From contig OZ024747.1 of the NCBI GenBank assembly GCA_964016885.1, positions 62,558,001-62,622,000 of the forward strand: a stretch of 64,000 nucleotides of DNA, given 5' to 3'. This stretch comes from Eledone cirrhosa (Eukaryota). Shown piece by piece: positions 39,693 through 52,974 of the stretch. A program made the translations under genes and the position numbers. Below the pieces are notes generated by a model. The model was given only the letters and a program-made list of their open reading frames with translations. It was not told the DNA's origin and ran no database searches. Numbering within the stretch: the stretch's first letter is position 1; every line of letters starts with the position of its first letter.

Positions 39693-39731
<39 letters not shown>

Positions 39732-40154
39732 TCATCATCATCATCATCATCGTTTAAGAGACCACCGGTGTTTAGCAGCCAAGGAAGACCACCCTAACAG
39801 CTGTTTCTCGTTCCCTAACTGTCTTCTTATGAACAGTCGATGTTCATAAACATAGATACTATAAGGTTTTAGCTTATTTTCATCTTACCATTCAAGCGGA
39901 GTTAGCCCTTCGTAAAACGGTTAACAAACCAGAAACGGCCGTTAGGGTGCTCATCCTTGGTTACTGAACTCCAAGGGTGAAGTTCACCACTTCTAAAATT
40001 CATACCAAAATGTAAAAATGTTAATCTCCATGATCACTTCATATATTATTCAATATACAACACATATCAATAATAGTATTACTACCATGCACACACACAT
40101 ATATATATTCATATACATATGTATATATACATATATATATACGTATATATGTAA

Positions 40155-40226
<72 letters not shown>

Positions 40227-40306
40227 CTGTTTATATATGTGTACGTGTATAATTTATAACGAGCGATTTATTAATAAACATAACGTACATCGCTAGATAT
40301 ACAAAT

Positions 40307-40426
<120 letters not shown>

Positions 40427-40465
40427 TACATATATACATAAAAGTGTATATGTAAATCTATATAA

Positions 40466-40498
<33 letters not shown>

Positions 40499-40667
40499 AA
40501 TATCATTGATATTATTCTCCAGAAAACTGTAGAGTGCTTCGAATCTGTTATAAATAAATTTGTTGAATAACCAACAAATTAAATATCTCTTTGCTTATAT
40601 ATATATATATAGGCTCTGATACCATCAACACTATAAACACAGAGCTGGCATATCTAAGAACTGACTA

Positions 40668-40723
40668 ACTGCCTGATGAGGTCATAGTCATTCAATGGCT
40701 ATCATCGAAATATATATAGTAGT
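40668..40723 (+). ncRNA. Minimal type-I hammerhead ribozyme motif
   Basis: ACTGC-CTGATGA(40673)-GGTCATAGTCATTCAATGGCTATCATC-GAAA-TATATA-TA-GTAGT; island between (TA)n runs. Confidence 0.82.
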
Positions 40724-40764
40724 AAATAAAGGATTATGAGTTCCTGCAATTGACTTATGTTTCG

Positions 40765-40814
<50 letters not shown>

Positions 40815-40933
40815 GCTTCCTTTCTCGCCTCCCCTGATTTCTCCTTTTTTAGCTTGATCATTACATTACAGAAATGAAAGCCAAATTGAAAAAACGCTCA
40901 CGTAAAACGTTGAAAGTTTGACCAACAATATTT

Positions 40934-41115
40934 GTGGATTGGCAGTATCGGTAGAGGGTCGGACGCCATGCTTTCCAGCATAGTTACGTCCCTTTACGAT
41001 CTGAGTTCAAATCCCGCCGAGGTTGACTTTGCCTTTCATCCTTACGGGGTCGATAAAATAAAGTACCAGTAATGCACTGGGTATTTGCTGGGCTTGTGCC
41101 TAAAGTAGAAACAAA
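40934..41115 (+). mobile_element. SINE family A, short form
   Basis: Consensus match; AATATTTG on both flanks. Confidence 0.9.
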
Positions 41116-41636
41116 TATTTGATATAGGTCAACATTAAAATGGACGCCCAACAACACAGGCAATAGAAGCTTCTATTTTCCAACATGCATTAGAGGAAAT
41201 TCATGATCTCTCTTCACAAACACCATATTTTTCATGAACACATTATATTTTTTTATATATTTTTCTTAATTTCTTCATATCCTCCTTCCTTCTAAACCAT
41301 TGCTGAGGTTTCTTATGTCTAAGTTTCCGAATACACACACACAGACACACACACATATATATATATATATATAATATTTATCTCACTCTCTCTTACTCTT
41401 AATGTCTCTCTCTTTTTATATATATATATGTGTGTCTGTGCGTGTATGTATGTATGTATGTATGTATGTATGTATGTATGTATGTATGTATGTATGTATG
41501 TATGTATGTGTGTCTGTGCGTGTGCATGTATGTATGTATGTATGTATGTATGTATGTATGTATGTATGTACATGATATAATGAATCTACGCGTATGCATG
41601 TGTATGTATATATATATATATATTTAATATAGAAAA

Positions 41637-41687
41637 GGCTTCTACAGGACTAGAACTGTTTCATTCGAGAGAAATCATCAGGAAGCC
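41637..41687 (-). ncRNA. Type-I hammerhead ribozyme motif within fold-back element 41624-41835
   Basis: Minus strand: GGCTTC-CTGATGA-TTTCTCTCGAAT-GAAA-CAG(TTCTAGTC)CTG-TA-GAAGCC; the inverted partner at 41688-41732 has CCGATGA. Confidence 0.8.
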
Positions 41688-41874
41688 CCGATGATTTCTC
41701 CCGAATGAAACAGTTCTAGTCCTGTAGAAGCCTTTTCTATATTAATTATTTATACTAAATTTTCTATATTAAATATTTATATTTGTATTGAGTACCTTAC
41801 TTACTGTGGTTACCGATTGAACCCGGGATAAACTTATATATATATGTATATAATGTATACATGTGTATGTATAT

Positions 41875-42187
41875 GCGCGGGGACATAGAAATAATCGTGA
41901 TGGATACCCTATCGCGCGGTTAAACCATTGGGAGTGAATGACCCCTACTCAGGAAACTGGGATAACTAAACCTACGACTCAGTAGTTACCGATGATTTTG
42001 ATCTTTTCTTCTTTTGTGTTATAACTACTGTCGTTCAGCGAGTGGGATTGGTTCAGTGCACAGTCTTTCCTCACTTAAAAAAAAATCTTCACGCACAGGC
42101 ATTGCACGATAGTATTAATTGATAATTATTAATAATGTTATATCGTGCAATGATCATACTCGATAACGAGGGAGCAGCCATCATCAT
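41875..42187 (+). mobile_element. Non-autonomous RTE-derived element (type 2)
   Basis: GAGTGGGATTGG...CACAGGCATTGC block shared with type 1; tail CTCGATAACGAGGGAGCAGCCATCATCAT. Confidence 0.72.
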
Positions 42188-42307
42188 ATGATATATATAT
42201 ATATATATATATATGGATAGGGGGGGGGGGACTTAGGTAGACAGACAGACATACAATCATACAGGCAAATATATATATATATACAGAGAGAGAGAGAGAG
42301 AGAGAGA

Positions 42308-42382
<75 letters not shown>

Positions 42383-43254
42383 GAGTAGGTACATAGATAG
42401 ATTCTGAAATTAAACTTCGTTACGAAGGATTTTCAATTAATCTCCTTCACAATCAATGTCATAATTATTCAACACCACTGACCTTTTACTTCCTACACAA
42501 AAAAATGGCGGCCATATTACTAATTGAGAAACGAATATGAAGATGAAACCGTTCAATAACATGTTTAGCCTGTATTGAATTACATTTTGTATAGCTTAAT
42601 TGGTTTTTGGCCTTGAATGTTCTGGAGTTGGTAATATCGCTGGAATCGATTGAAGAAGCCGTAGTAACATACTGGGGGCAATTCTATCGTTTATATAATT
42701 CCTACGACAAATAACCATTATTTATAGAGTTTATTATTGTTCTAAGGAGCTGCCCCAGCATGGCTGCTAACGAATAACTGAGATTGGTAAAATAATTACT
42801 TTGTTAATTTACTCTCAAACAACAACACTGTAAATAAGGTGGAGGCCTATATGTGGTCACTAGTATTGTAAGAAATAGCAACACCTCTCTTAAATCATGC
42901 CGTAACATCTTAACAAAGAGAAACACACATTAGATAACGTATTCATAACAACCCTTAAAAAGATGACATGACCACTCTTGGAATTCGTTTGATCATAGAT
43001 CTACATGATGACACCTGACGAGGGCTGGTTAAATAACAACGAAAACAATGACCACGATAACAACAACGACAACGACAATAACAGCTGCAACAGCAACAAC
43101 AACGACGACGGCAGCAACAACGGCAGAAAAATCAACAGCAATAACAACAACAATAATAATAACAACAACTATAACGGCAGTCACAAGAGCAACAGCGACA
43201 ACCAGAGCAATTACAATAGCAACAAAAATAACAACACATTGACTGTTACTCATC

Positions 43255-44250
43255 TTCTGCAAATGATGTTACATCCAAGTCTTCTAAGACTCAACGAAAC
43301 TAACAGAGACCTGTGTTTCTATCATACAAACATCGAGTATTACGATATTCATAGACAGCAGACGATGTTATAGCAGTAGCTTGTAAAACTTAACGAAACG
43401 AACAATGACTTGTGTTTCTATGATACAAATATCAAGTATTACAAAATTCATAGTCTACGGAGGATATTATAGCTATATATTGTAAAACCCTAACGAAACG
43501 AACAAAGATTTGTGTTTCTATGATACAAACGTCGAGTATTACGATATTCATAGTCAGCAGACGATGTTACAGCAGTAGCTTGTAAAACTTAACGAAACGA
43601 ACAAAGATCTGTGTTTCTATGAGACAAGCATCGAGTATTACAATATTTATAGTTAGCAGACGAGGTTTCAGTTATATAATGTAACACTTAACGAAACGAA
43701 CAAAGATCAAGTATAACAATATTCATAGTCTACAGACGATGGTACAACTATATATTGTAAAAATTTAACGAAACGAACCAGGATTTATGTTTCTATGATA
43801 CAAACATCAAATATTACAATATTCATAGTCTACAGAGGATGTTACAGCTAAATATTCTAAAACTTAATGAAACGAACAAAAATCAAGTATGATAATTGTT
43901 TCTACTTTTGGCACAAGGCCAGCAATAAACCAGTGCATTACTGGTACTTTATTTTATCGACCCCGTAAGGATGAAAGGCAAAGTTAACCTCAGCGGGATT
44001 TGAACTCAGAATGGCAAGGGCCGTAACTCTATGCGTCAAAGCATGGCGTCCGACCCTCTACCGATACAATATTCATAGTCCACAGACGATGGTACAACTA
44101 TGTATTGTAAAATTTAACGAAACGAACCAGGATTTATGTTTCTATGATACAAACATCGAGCATTACAATATCCATAGTGTGCAGAGAATGTTACAGCTAT
44201 ATATTGTAAAACTTAACGAAACGAACAAAGATTTGTGTTTCTATGATATG
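43255..44250. repeat. 99-bp tandem repeat (about 8 units), interrupted by a SINE
   Basis: AACGAAAC at 43293, 43392, 43492, 43591, 43690, ... 44117, 44216. Confidence 0.9.
43893..44066 (-). mobile_element. SINE family A, short form, inserted in the 99-bp repeat
   Basis: Consensus match, 5' end slightly truncated. Confidence 0.9.
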
Positions 44251-44612
44251 CGGAAATTTACACGAGTGTGAATAGTTCTAAATCAGTAACACTAAGTGAA
44301 AACTGAGATATTCAACTTGACTAAATTCAATAAAGGAGTTTAGTAACATTACTAATCTTATATCGATTATTGATTCTTTATTTCTGCGAGAAAAATATTT
44401 GTTTCTACCATCCTGCATGACCAAACGTTTTACGAATTACTACATTCTGAAATAATCTTCCATGTCAAATGATTAATGACACACACACACACAAACACAC
44501 ATACACACGCGCACGCACACACACAGACACACATTTATACACAGACACACACACATTGTCTAACAAAATGCAAACAGAAAATCTGATAGTTTTATTACAA
44601 CACCAACAACAT

Positions 44613-44683
<71 letters not shown>

Positions 44684-44775
44684 TATTGTATTAACTGCAA
44701 GAGTTCACACAATAACTGGAATGATATTAATAACACTGTTAATGACACAAACAGCAATATTATTAGCAATAGTAA

Positions 44776-44844
<69 letters not shown>

Positions 44845-45327
44845 CGATAACAATGATGATAACAACATCAATAACAACAACACAAACGATAATAATAATA
44901 ATAATAATAATAATGGACATCTAAGCATTCGCTGGGGCATTCTTTCATTAATTTCTGCTGTGAGGATAGTCTGGGAATTATCAGGAAATAGATAGCTAAC
45001 AAAATGGATATGAATGAATAAGCAACAGAACATAAATGAATTATACCTATATTCCAAGGTTGACTTAGCAATGTCATTCTCTCTACTGTCATAGGCTCCT
45101 ACAGATTTTATGTCTGTTCAGTCCCGCTGAGATAAACTTACTAGAAACATTATCATTTCAAATAAATAACCTTTTTCATTAGATTTACAAGCAAGTAATT
45201 CTGCAAATAATATAGCTTTTTCTGGGATCAATAAATAAAATGTATACATACTTACATACATACGCACACACACACACACATATATATATATATACACTTA
45301 TTTATATCTATATAGACACACACACAC

Positions 45328-45368
<41 letters not shown>

Positions 45369-46653
45369 TGCATACATACATATATATATACACAGCTTCC
45401 CCTACAAAATTTTACTCATAAAGATTCGAGGTTAAGTTAAATTGCATTGGTTGGAAACTTCGAAATTATTACCGAAAATTTAATAAAAGCATGATATTGA
45501 TGTAATTTTCTGACATTATCTTCAGTAGATCTAGTATTACAAAAACCCTATTGATATTGATTGTCAATAAGTAATATATTTGAATGTTACATAAAGGACT
45601 TAAAATGTTTTGACCTGTTTCACTGAGAAAAATTGAACTTCGTGAAGGAGACATTTCTGCGATCTACAAAATCGTTATATTCACTATACATGTATAATTC
45701 ATATTTTAATGTCAATATTTTCCTCACGCTGTTAACGATTTGAACATCAACGCAATTCTACTGCAACACCGAACATTTGACACCAAGAAATATATGATAA
45801 ATGTAGAGTGAATTTAACAGAGTTTGTGCGTGTGGTAGCTTTTTCTAGAATGGCTAAAATGACTCTTCCATGATGTAATTGTTTTAGCATCAACACAATG
45901 GTCTCAGATCACATCACTTGTAAAATAAGTACAACTGTAGTTAAAGTGACTCTTCCACAATGTAATTGCTTTAATTTCGTCACATGATCTTAGATCACGT
46001 CATTTGAAAAATAAGTACAACTGTGACTAAAATGACACATCTTTCGACTCATAATCTCAGATCAAATAAATCACAAATGCGTACAACTCCGAAATTTTAA
46101 CATCGTACTACAAACGTTATTAACTTTTAATATGCATGTGATAAAACTCAATCCTATACAAATTTATGAAATGTTCAATATACACATATCTTTGGACGGA
46201 AATATAGCTCCTACGCAATCTGTGAGACATATGGAAATAAAAAAAAAAAAAATTAATTAACTTTTAATAGCCGAATTGATAATTTTCTTCATCCAAATCT
46301 CACGTCAGTTAATTCCTAAAACCTTATAAGATTTACAAAGATGTCTGGGAGTATTAAATTGACATTATCAACGCTCTAAAGATAGTAGATGTCTAGATAG
46401 ATAAGATAATATAATATACGAGACAGCTAATCGAGAAGTAAGAGAAAGAGAGAGAGGGAGAGAGTCGTGTTATGTCATATCACAACCATCATTTTGTTGT
46501 ATATTTCAGTAAAAACACAAACTGATTAAATATTGATGTCTACGAAACAACGTAGGAGGGATACAGAGAATGGATGTGTTGCATTTATTCCAGAAATAAA
46601 ACGAAAACATTTTGATGAAATATTTCTTTGCTTTACTGTTAAGATTATTGTTC

Positions 46654-47010
46654 TACTCACGGGTCCAAATAATAGGGGGTGGTGGGGGTGGATATGTGTG
46701 GTTTAAGCAGGGGTGTTGGACATTTACATGAATTCTCGTAAACGTGGGTTTGGGAAATCGGTAATTGTATATTGTACGTTTGTAAAAATGGAATTTCTTG
46801 TAATGTTCTTTTTTTGTCATGTATAATGTTTTTTTAATGTAAAATAATATTATCGATATGAATCACTTACAATAAAAATAGATTAAAATTTAATAAGCGG
46901 GGATGGGGGGGGGGGTTTATAAAAGCGGGTGGTGATGGTGGTGGTGGAAAAAACCTGAAAAATTAATAAGCAGGGGGAAGGAGGTGGCGATTATTCAAGA
47001 CCTGGGCGTA
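46654..47010. mobile_element. Diverged MITE (TA-bounded imperfect TIRs)
   Basis: TACTCACGGGTCCAAATAAT ... ATTATTCAAGACCTGGGCGTA; internal AATAAGC(G/A)GGG repeats. Confidence 0.55.
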
Positions 47011-47286
47011 GTTGTCTAGAGATACATTTCAGCCGTTGTTCGAAAATGACAAACACGTATTTTTAGGCTACATTGTACTACATTTTATTAAATATCGTTC
47101 CTTATTTTTGTATTTTCAAAACAAGCAGCTGCTATTGAACATAACCGTAGCGTCTCGTTCCCTTTTCGGTTCTATTGTGTTTTAATTGGTCAAATTGAAG
47201 GAGTGAAGAGAATGAGAAATTCTCTGAATATCTGGATACAGACATGCAAACAGACACACACAGACACATAAATATAATATAATATA

Positions 47287-47469
47287 ATTGTTTCTACTAT
47301 TGGCACAAGGCCAGCAATTACCCAGTACATTACTGGTACTTTATTTTATCGATCCCGTAAGGATGAAAGGCAAAGTTAACCTCGGGGGGATTTGAACTCA
47401 GAATGGCAAGGGCCGTAACTCTATGCGTCAAAGCATGGCGTCCGACCCTCTACCGATACTGCCAATTCA
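47287..47469 (-). mobile_element. SINE family A, short form, in (AATAT)n
   Basis: Consensus match. Confidence 0.9.
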
Positions 47470-47538
47470 TAATATAATATAATATAATATAATATAATAT
47501 AATATAACATATATGTATACACACAAATATACAAATAT

Positions 47539-47569
<31 letters not shown>

Positions 47570-47767
47570 GATAAATCTACCAAGAGTTTACGGTAGTGTC
47601 CAATCCGTATGAAGAACTCAATGTAATCCGGATATCATGGAAAGAAGAGATGCATTCAAAAATCACTTTCGGTGAAAGATAAACGGAATACAGAGTCAAG
47701 ATAAAATATTAAAAAAATAATGAATAAAACAATGAAACAGTTCCTTATATTAAACAAAAAAAGTTCA

Positions 47768-47912
47768 TTATTTAACGATCGTTTCTAGGACATATATGTG
47801 TTAAAATTGGCATGCATATTCAACAGTTCTATGTACAAAATTATACAAAATTATACAAACTATCAAATATAATATACATACCAACACATACATATGCCGT
47901 CTTCAGAAATTA
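47768..47912 (-). ncRNA. Hammerhead motif with about 110-nt stem II (inverted partner)
   Basis: Reverse complement of 47910-48044 with a small internal duplication; stem I only partly retained. Confidence 0.6.
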
Positions 47913-48044
47913 TTTCTGAAGACGGCATATGTATGTGTTGGTATGTATATTATATTTGATAGTTTGTATAATTTTGTACATAGATCTGTTGAATATGCAT
48001 GCCAATTCTAACACATATATGTCCTAGAAACGATCGTTAAATAA
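47910..48044 (+). ncRNA. Type-I hammerhead motif with about 100-nt extended stem II
   Basis: TTATTT-CTGAAGA(47916)-GGCATATGTATGTGTT...AACACATATATGTCC-GAAA(48027)-CGATCG-TT-AAATAA. Confidence 0.75.
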
Positions 48045-48277
48045 TGAACTTTTTTTGTTTAATATAAGGAACTGTTTCATTGTTTTATTCATTATTTTTT
48101 TAATATTTTATATATATATATATATATACAAACACACACACACACACACACACACACAAATATGTATTTATATACACATATATGCATGCATACACACATA
48201 TATACATGAATACATACATGCATTCATGCGTAATATATATGAGAGAGAGAGGGAGAGAGAGAGAAAGAGAGAGAGAG

Positions 48278-48328
<51 letters not shown>

Positions 48329-48477
48329 ACAGCCCTGTAGTGATAGTCTTTCATGTTATTTAAATAGATTCTAATTTGACATGATTCTATTGAGAAAGTT
48401 ACCTTTTCCCAACCAAAGCATGACTTGAGATTTCTCCAGTTTTCATGACATATATTTTGTTGGTTAGATGTGTATAG

Positions 48478-49440
48478 TCTGTGTTGTGGTGGCTTGTGGT
48501 GGTGTGTGGGGGCCTGTGGTGGCTTGTGGTGGTGTGTGTCGTGCTGAGGACGTGTGGTGGTTTGTGGTGGTGTGTGTCGTGTTGAGATGTGTGTCGTGTT
48601 GAGGTGTGTGGTAGCGTGTGGGAACATGTGGTGGCTTGTGATGGCGTGTGTCGTGTTGAGGTTGCATGTGGTGGCGTGTGGGGACATGTGGTGGTTTGGG
48701 GTGGTGTGTGTCGTGTTGAGATGTGTGTCGTGTTGAGGTGTGTGGTGACGTGTGGGAACATGTGGTGGCTTGTGATGGCGTGTGTCGTGATGAGGTTGCA
48801 TGTGGTGGCGTGTGGGGACATGTGGTGGTTTGAGGTGGTGTGTGTTGTGTTGAGGACATGTGATGTCTTGTGATGGTGTGTGTCGTGTTGAGGTGTGTGG
48901 TGACGTGTGGGAACATGTGGTGGCTTGTGATGGCGTGTGTCGTGATGAGGTTGCATGTGGTGGCGTGTGGGGACATGTGGTGGTTTGTGGTGGTGTGTGT
49001 CGTGTTGAGGTGTGTGGTGGCGTGTGGAGCGCTGTGGTGGCTTGTGGCGGTGTGTGTCGTGTTGAGGACGTGTGATGGCGTGTGGGGCCCTGTGGTGGCT
49101 TGTGGTGGTGTGTGTCGTGTTGAGGACGTGTGATGGCGTGTGGGACCCTGTGGTGGTGTGTCTCGTGTTGAGGACGTGTGGGGACGTGTGGTGGGTGGCG
49201 TGTGGGGATATGTTGTGGCTTGTGTCGTGTTGAGGTGTGTGTTGGTTCATGTGGGGGCGTGTGGGGACGTGTGGGGACGTGTGGTGGCGTGTGAAAAAGT
49301 GCGGGGGCTTGTGGTGTGTGTCGTGTTGAAGTGTGTGGGGCCATGTGGCAGGCGTGTGGGGGCGTATGGTGGCGTCTGGGGGTATGGTGGCGTGTGTGGG
49401 GATATGGCGGCGTGTGGGGGCGTATGGCGGCTTATGGTGA
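48478..49440. repeat. GT/GTG-rich degenerate minisatellite
   Basis: TGTGGTGG..TGTGTCGTGTTGAG units. Confidence 0.9.
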
Positions 49441-49750
49441 GGTGTATTTTTTTGTGTGTGTGGTGTGTGTTATGTGTCTGTACTTTGTGTCGTGCGTGTT
49501 CGTGTGCTGTGTGCGTATATGTAGTGGTGTGGTGTATTTATGCGTCTGTTTGATGTGAATATGTGTGCATGAGTGTATGAAAAGGAACGTCTTCAAGACA
49601 CATTTGGCCATTGGCTATGGCTCACTATTTTGGTATAGTCTACGTATAACATCTGTCAGAACAAAAGCGTTACCAATAATAATAAAACAATATTTCTTTC
49701 TCTCTACAACTGCTACGAATAGTAATTCTTTCTTTATCTCTACAACTAGT

Positions 49751-49802
<52 letters not shown>

Positions 49803-50417
49803 GTAATCACACTGTTACTCAAATGAAGTGTTTGAGTTTAGAACGAGATTTGTTTGCGATTCTAATCACTATAATTAATAATGAAATGATTATATCAATA
49901 ATTGTACAAAGAAGGGACAGAATCATATAAAATAAATAAAAATGAACCAAGATAAAAGAATTGCTAGTCAAAAGGTTAATCGATCATAATAACTGATAAA
50001 AAGAAAAATATCTTAATTAAGTAGAAAATAATTAATTAAGAAACTGTAAAATATTGTTTTGTAATGGCGTCTATTTCAAAGATTCGAACTAAAATGGCGT
50101 TGTATTCCGTGGCCATATTTAACGTACTAAATAGATATGTTCTGAGTATACTTACAATGTGAGATGTATTTAATTAGAAGAGTATTGTCTATAGAATTCG
50201 GGTCGTGTATAGTAAGTCTATTATTTGTAGAGCATGTTTGAGACAGACACTAAGATAAGGCATGTATGTGATCTTCTATGTTCTTCTATGTGAAGGCTCA
50301 TCGTTTAGGAGTTAAGGTCTTTAGCTCACAATCATAAGGCCCTGAGTTCTATTACAATGAAGTCTATGTTGTACATAATGTCATTAAATCCAGTTTGTTA
50401 CAAGATACATCCACATG

Positions 50418-50745
50418 AAGGTACATAACTTAGTGGTTAGTGTGTTCAGCTCACAAACGCAAGCTTGATTTCCGGCGGCGCGTTGTGTCCTTGAACAAGA
50501 CACCTTATTAATTCAAAGGGCCAGCCTCGTCACACTTTCTGTTAAGCTGAGTAAACGCGGATATGAAATGCTCAACGATTACTACGAGGAGGCGGTTTCG
50601 TTGCTCAAACAACTAAAACACAGACACGAGTATCCTTATCTACGTTAAAGCTATACGTGGCAGTGGAATGTTCAGCCATTTGCACGTCAATTTTACGAGC
50701 AGGCTGTGGCATTTATTGTTGGATCTGACGGAGGTTTAACAACAA
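50418..50745 (+). mobile_element. SINE family B, diverged
   Basis: TAGTGGTTAG..TTC head, TGTGTCCTTGAACAAGACAC core, 3' ...TTTAACAACAA. Confidence 0.6.
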
Positions 50746-51350
50746 TAATAAGAACAGCAACAAGAGTTTTAGTAATATAAAACTGGATTGTCAGCTACAA
50801 ATGTTTAATAGAAGATGGAAAACAGTTTTTACTTGAAATAATTATCACTTTCACAACATTAAAGTGATTTATGAACACACTTGACAAATAATAAATTTAA
50901 CATATTTCTGTTGAACAACATAGAATAACATTTTTAAAGATTTCATTGGATATAATTCTCGTTTACTACAAATACATCACAAACGTACAAACATCTGTCA
51001 TGATTAATTACATAAAAACTGAAGATACGGGACTTACTGATTGCGAAGGTCTGGTGCGATAGTATGGTTGTCATATCTATTCTCGGTGATTCGTTGTGTC
51101 TGAAAAAATAAATGAGTTGTACATATGAGTGAAATTGGCAGAGTTGTTGCATTGAATCCCCCTTTTGGTAATTTATTGTACGGCTTAAATGTCATACATT
51201 TAATTCCATAAACGTATCTTTTTTTTTTTTGTTTTCGTCTTGATACTACAAGGGCAATGTTTGTCTATTTCATTTCATATACATATACATATATATATAT
51301 ATATAGGAAAAGAGTCAAGACCCCGACGACTGAGCTCTGGCCGTTTCGAC

Positions 51351-51392
<42 letters not shown>

Positions 51393-51629
51393 TGGTGAGC
51401 TGACGCTAGGTTCTAACTTTTCTTAACCTATACTTTTTTCAGTCAATATGATTAATTACTTCACGTATTAATCACTATCTTAATATATGTGTATGTGTGT
51501 GTGTGTGCGCGCACGCGCGCGTTAGACAGAGTCGGGGCCCACATCTTTAAAATATTGTCACGCTCTATGATCCCAAGTATGGAATACTCTGTTGAATAAT
51601 GGTCTAACTAGTTTAAAACTGATTTAATC

Positions 51630-51712
<83 letters not shown>

Positions 51713-51713
51713 A

Positions 51714-52287
51714 CTAGCTAAAGTACCCGTCCTTTGGACGGTTCAAGTAGCTTTCGATGTAGCTCATTAAACTAAACAAAGTAAATTTGAATACATAGAA
51801 GAAAAACGTATTTATGTAAACATGAAAACCTTAGGCACTGTTCCAGCGAAATAATTAATATGTGACCTCGGTGTCATCTGTTATACCATGTAACAACAGA
51901 AATCTAGTCTAGGTATAAAGTTGTTTGACAACAGTAAAACCTTTTGTTTCAAGTACAAAGAGTAAAGTAAAATCCGAATGAGCCGAATTGTAATAATCAA
52001 AATCCCAAAACAAAATTTTTGACATCAAAAATGAGTTCCTATGGTATTGACGAAAGATAACTTTTGTCTTACTTAATCACGAAAATTGACACAAATATCC
52101 GAAACTTTTTTAATGTCTCCAAAGGCCCCAATATCGATTTTTGAAAGCCTTTGTAGATCATGTACAGGTTTTGTGCAAGGAGAAGCTCTGTAAAAAATTT
52201 CAAAGAAATCGCATGAATGGTTTAGAATATATGAGCCCTCATTAAAAATTGTCCACACAAAAAACTTCAGTTTTATATATATACAGA
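51714..52287 (-). mobile_element. Non-autonomous Helitron
   Basis: Minus strand begins TCTGTATATATATAAAACTG and ends with hairpin CCGTCCAAAGGACGG + GTACTTTAGCTAG; inserted between A and T, no TSD. Confidence 0.8.
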
Positions 52288-52476
52288 TAATTAGATACAA
52301 CAGTGACATATACAGGTACTTAAGTTTCGTTGGGTTATACACCCCAACTCATTTAGCCTCTTATCCTGTTATATAAAAAGAAAAAAGTTTTTTTTTATAT
52401 AACAGGCTGAATAAGCTGGGGTGTATAACCCAACGAAACTTAAGTACCTCTATATGTCACTGTTGTAACTAATTAT
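52287..52476. mobile_element. Fold-back mini-element with two variant hammerhead motifs (52313-52359 minus, 52403-52450 plus)
   Basis: AGG-CT(G/A)AAT(A/G)A-G(C/T)TGGG GTGTATAA CCCAAC-GAAA-CTTAAG-TA-CCT on both strands. Confidence 0.65.
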
Positions 52477-52499
52477 ACTTTATATATATAATTATATAT

Positions 52500-52531
<32 letters not shown>

Positions 52532-52902
52532 TTCTAAAAAAATATATTATACACAAAACGCCAGCACCAACAGTTTTCCAAGAGATGTCAACATGAATGG
52601 ACCTGTTATTTTTATCTGAAGACATTTTTCCAATTCCACCCCGCCCGTCCCTTCAATCTATCTTATTTCTCATTCTTTCTCCTGATGAAGGAGTGCTATT
52701 TCAAGCGTTATCCTAATATATTCCTTCCATATACTGTTGTACCGATTGTGTTGTTATTTCTGTTTACCTTTTACACACACACATATATATATATATATAT
52801 ATGTACATCATCAGTGGTACTATTATGTTTCCTCCTATAGTATTGTAATGTCTATGCCATTTTTATTTAATTTGTTTCTGGCAATATTATAACAATATGA
52901 CC

Positions 52903-52974
<72 letters not shown>

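Larger units (their letters stand above)
47567..48110. mobile_element. Fold-back PLE-like mini-element (about 200-bp arms) with two hammerheads
   Basis: Arms about 47703-47909 / 47913-48110, centre AGAAATTATTTCT; (TA)n flanks; paralog 18192-18525. Confidence 0.78.

Noticed and set aside
43012-43050. CTGACGA...GAAA possible hammerhead
   Set aside because: No stem III/UH or stem I pairing; it lies at the end of another repeat running into (AAC)n
45495-45530. Minus-strand CTGAAGA...GAAA
   Set aside because: Stem II is 1 bp and stem I does not close
45610-45672. Possible 49-bp minus-strand exon (TTTTGTAG...AG/GTCAAA)
   Set aside because: Weak donor and no partner exons identifiable
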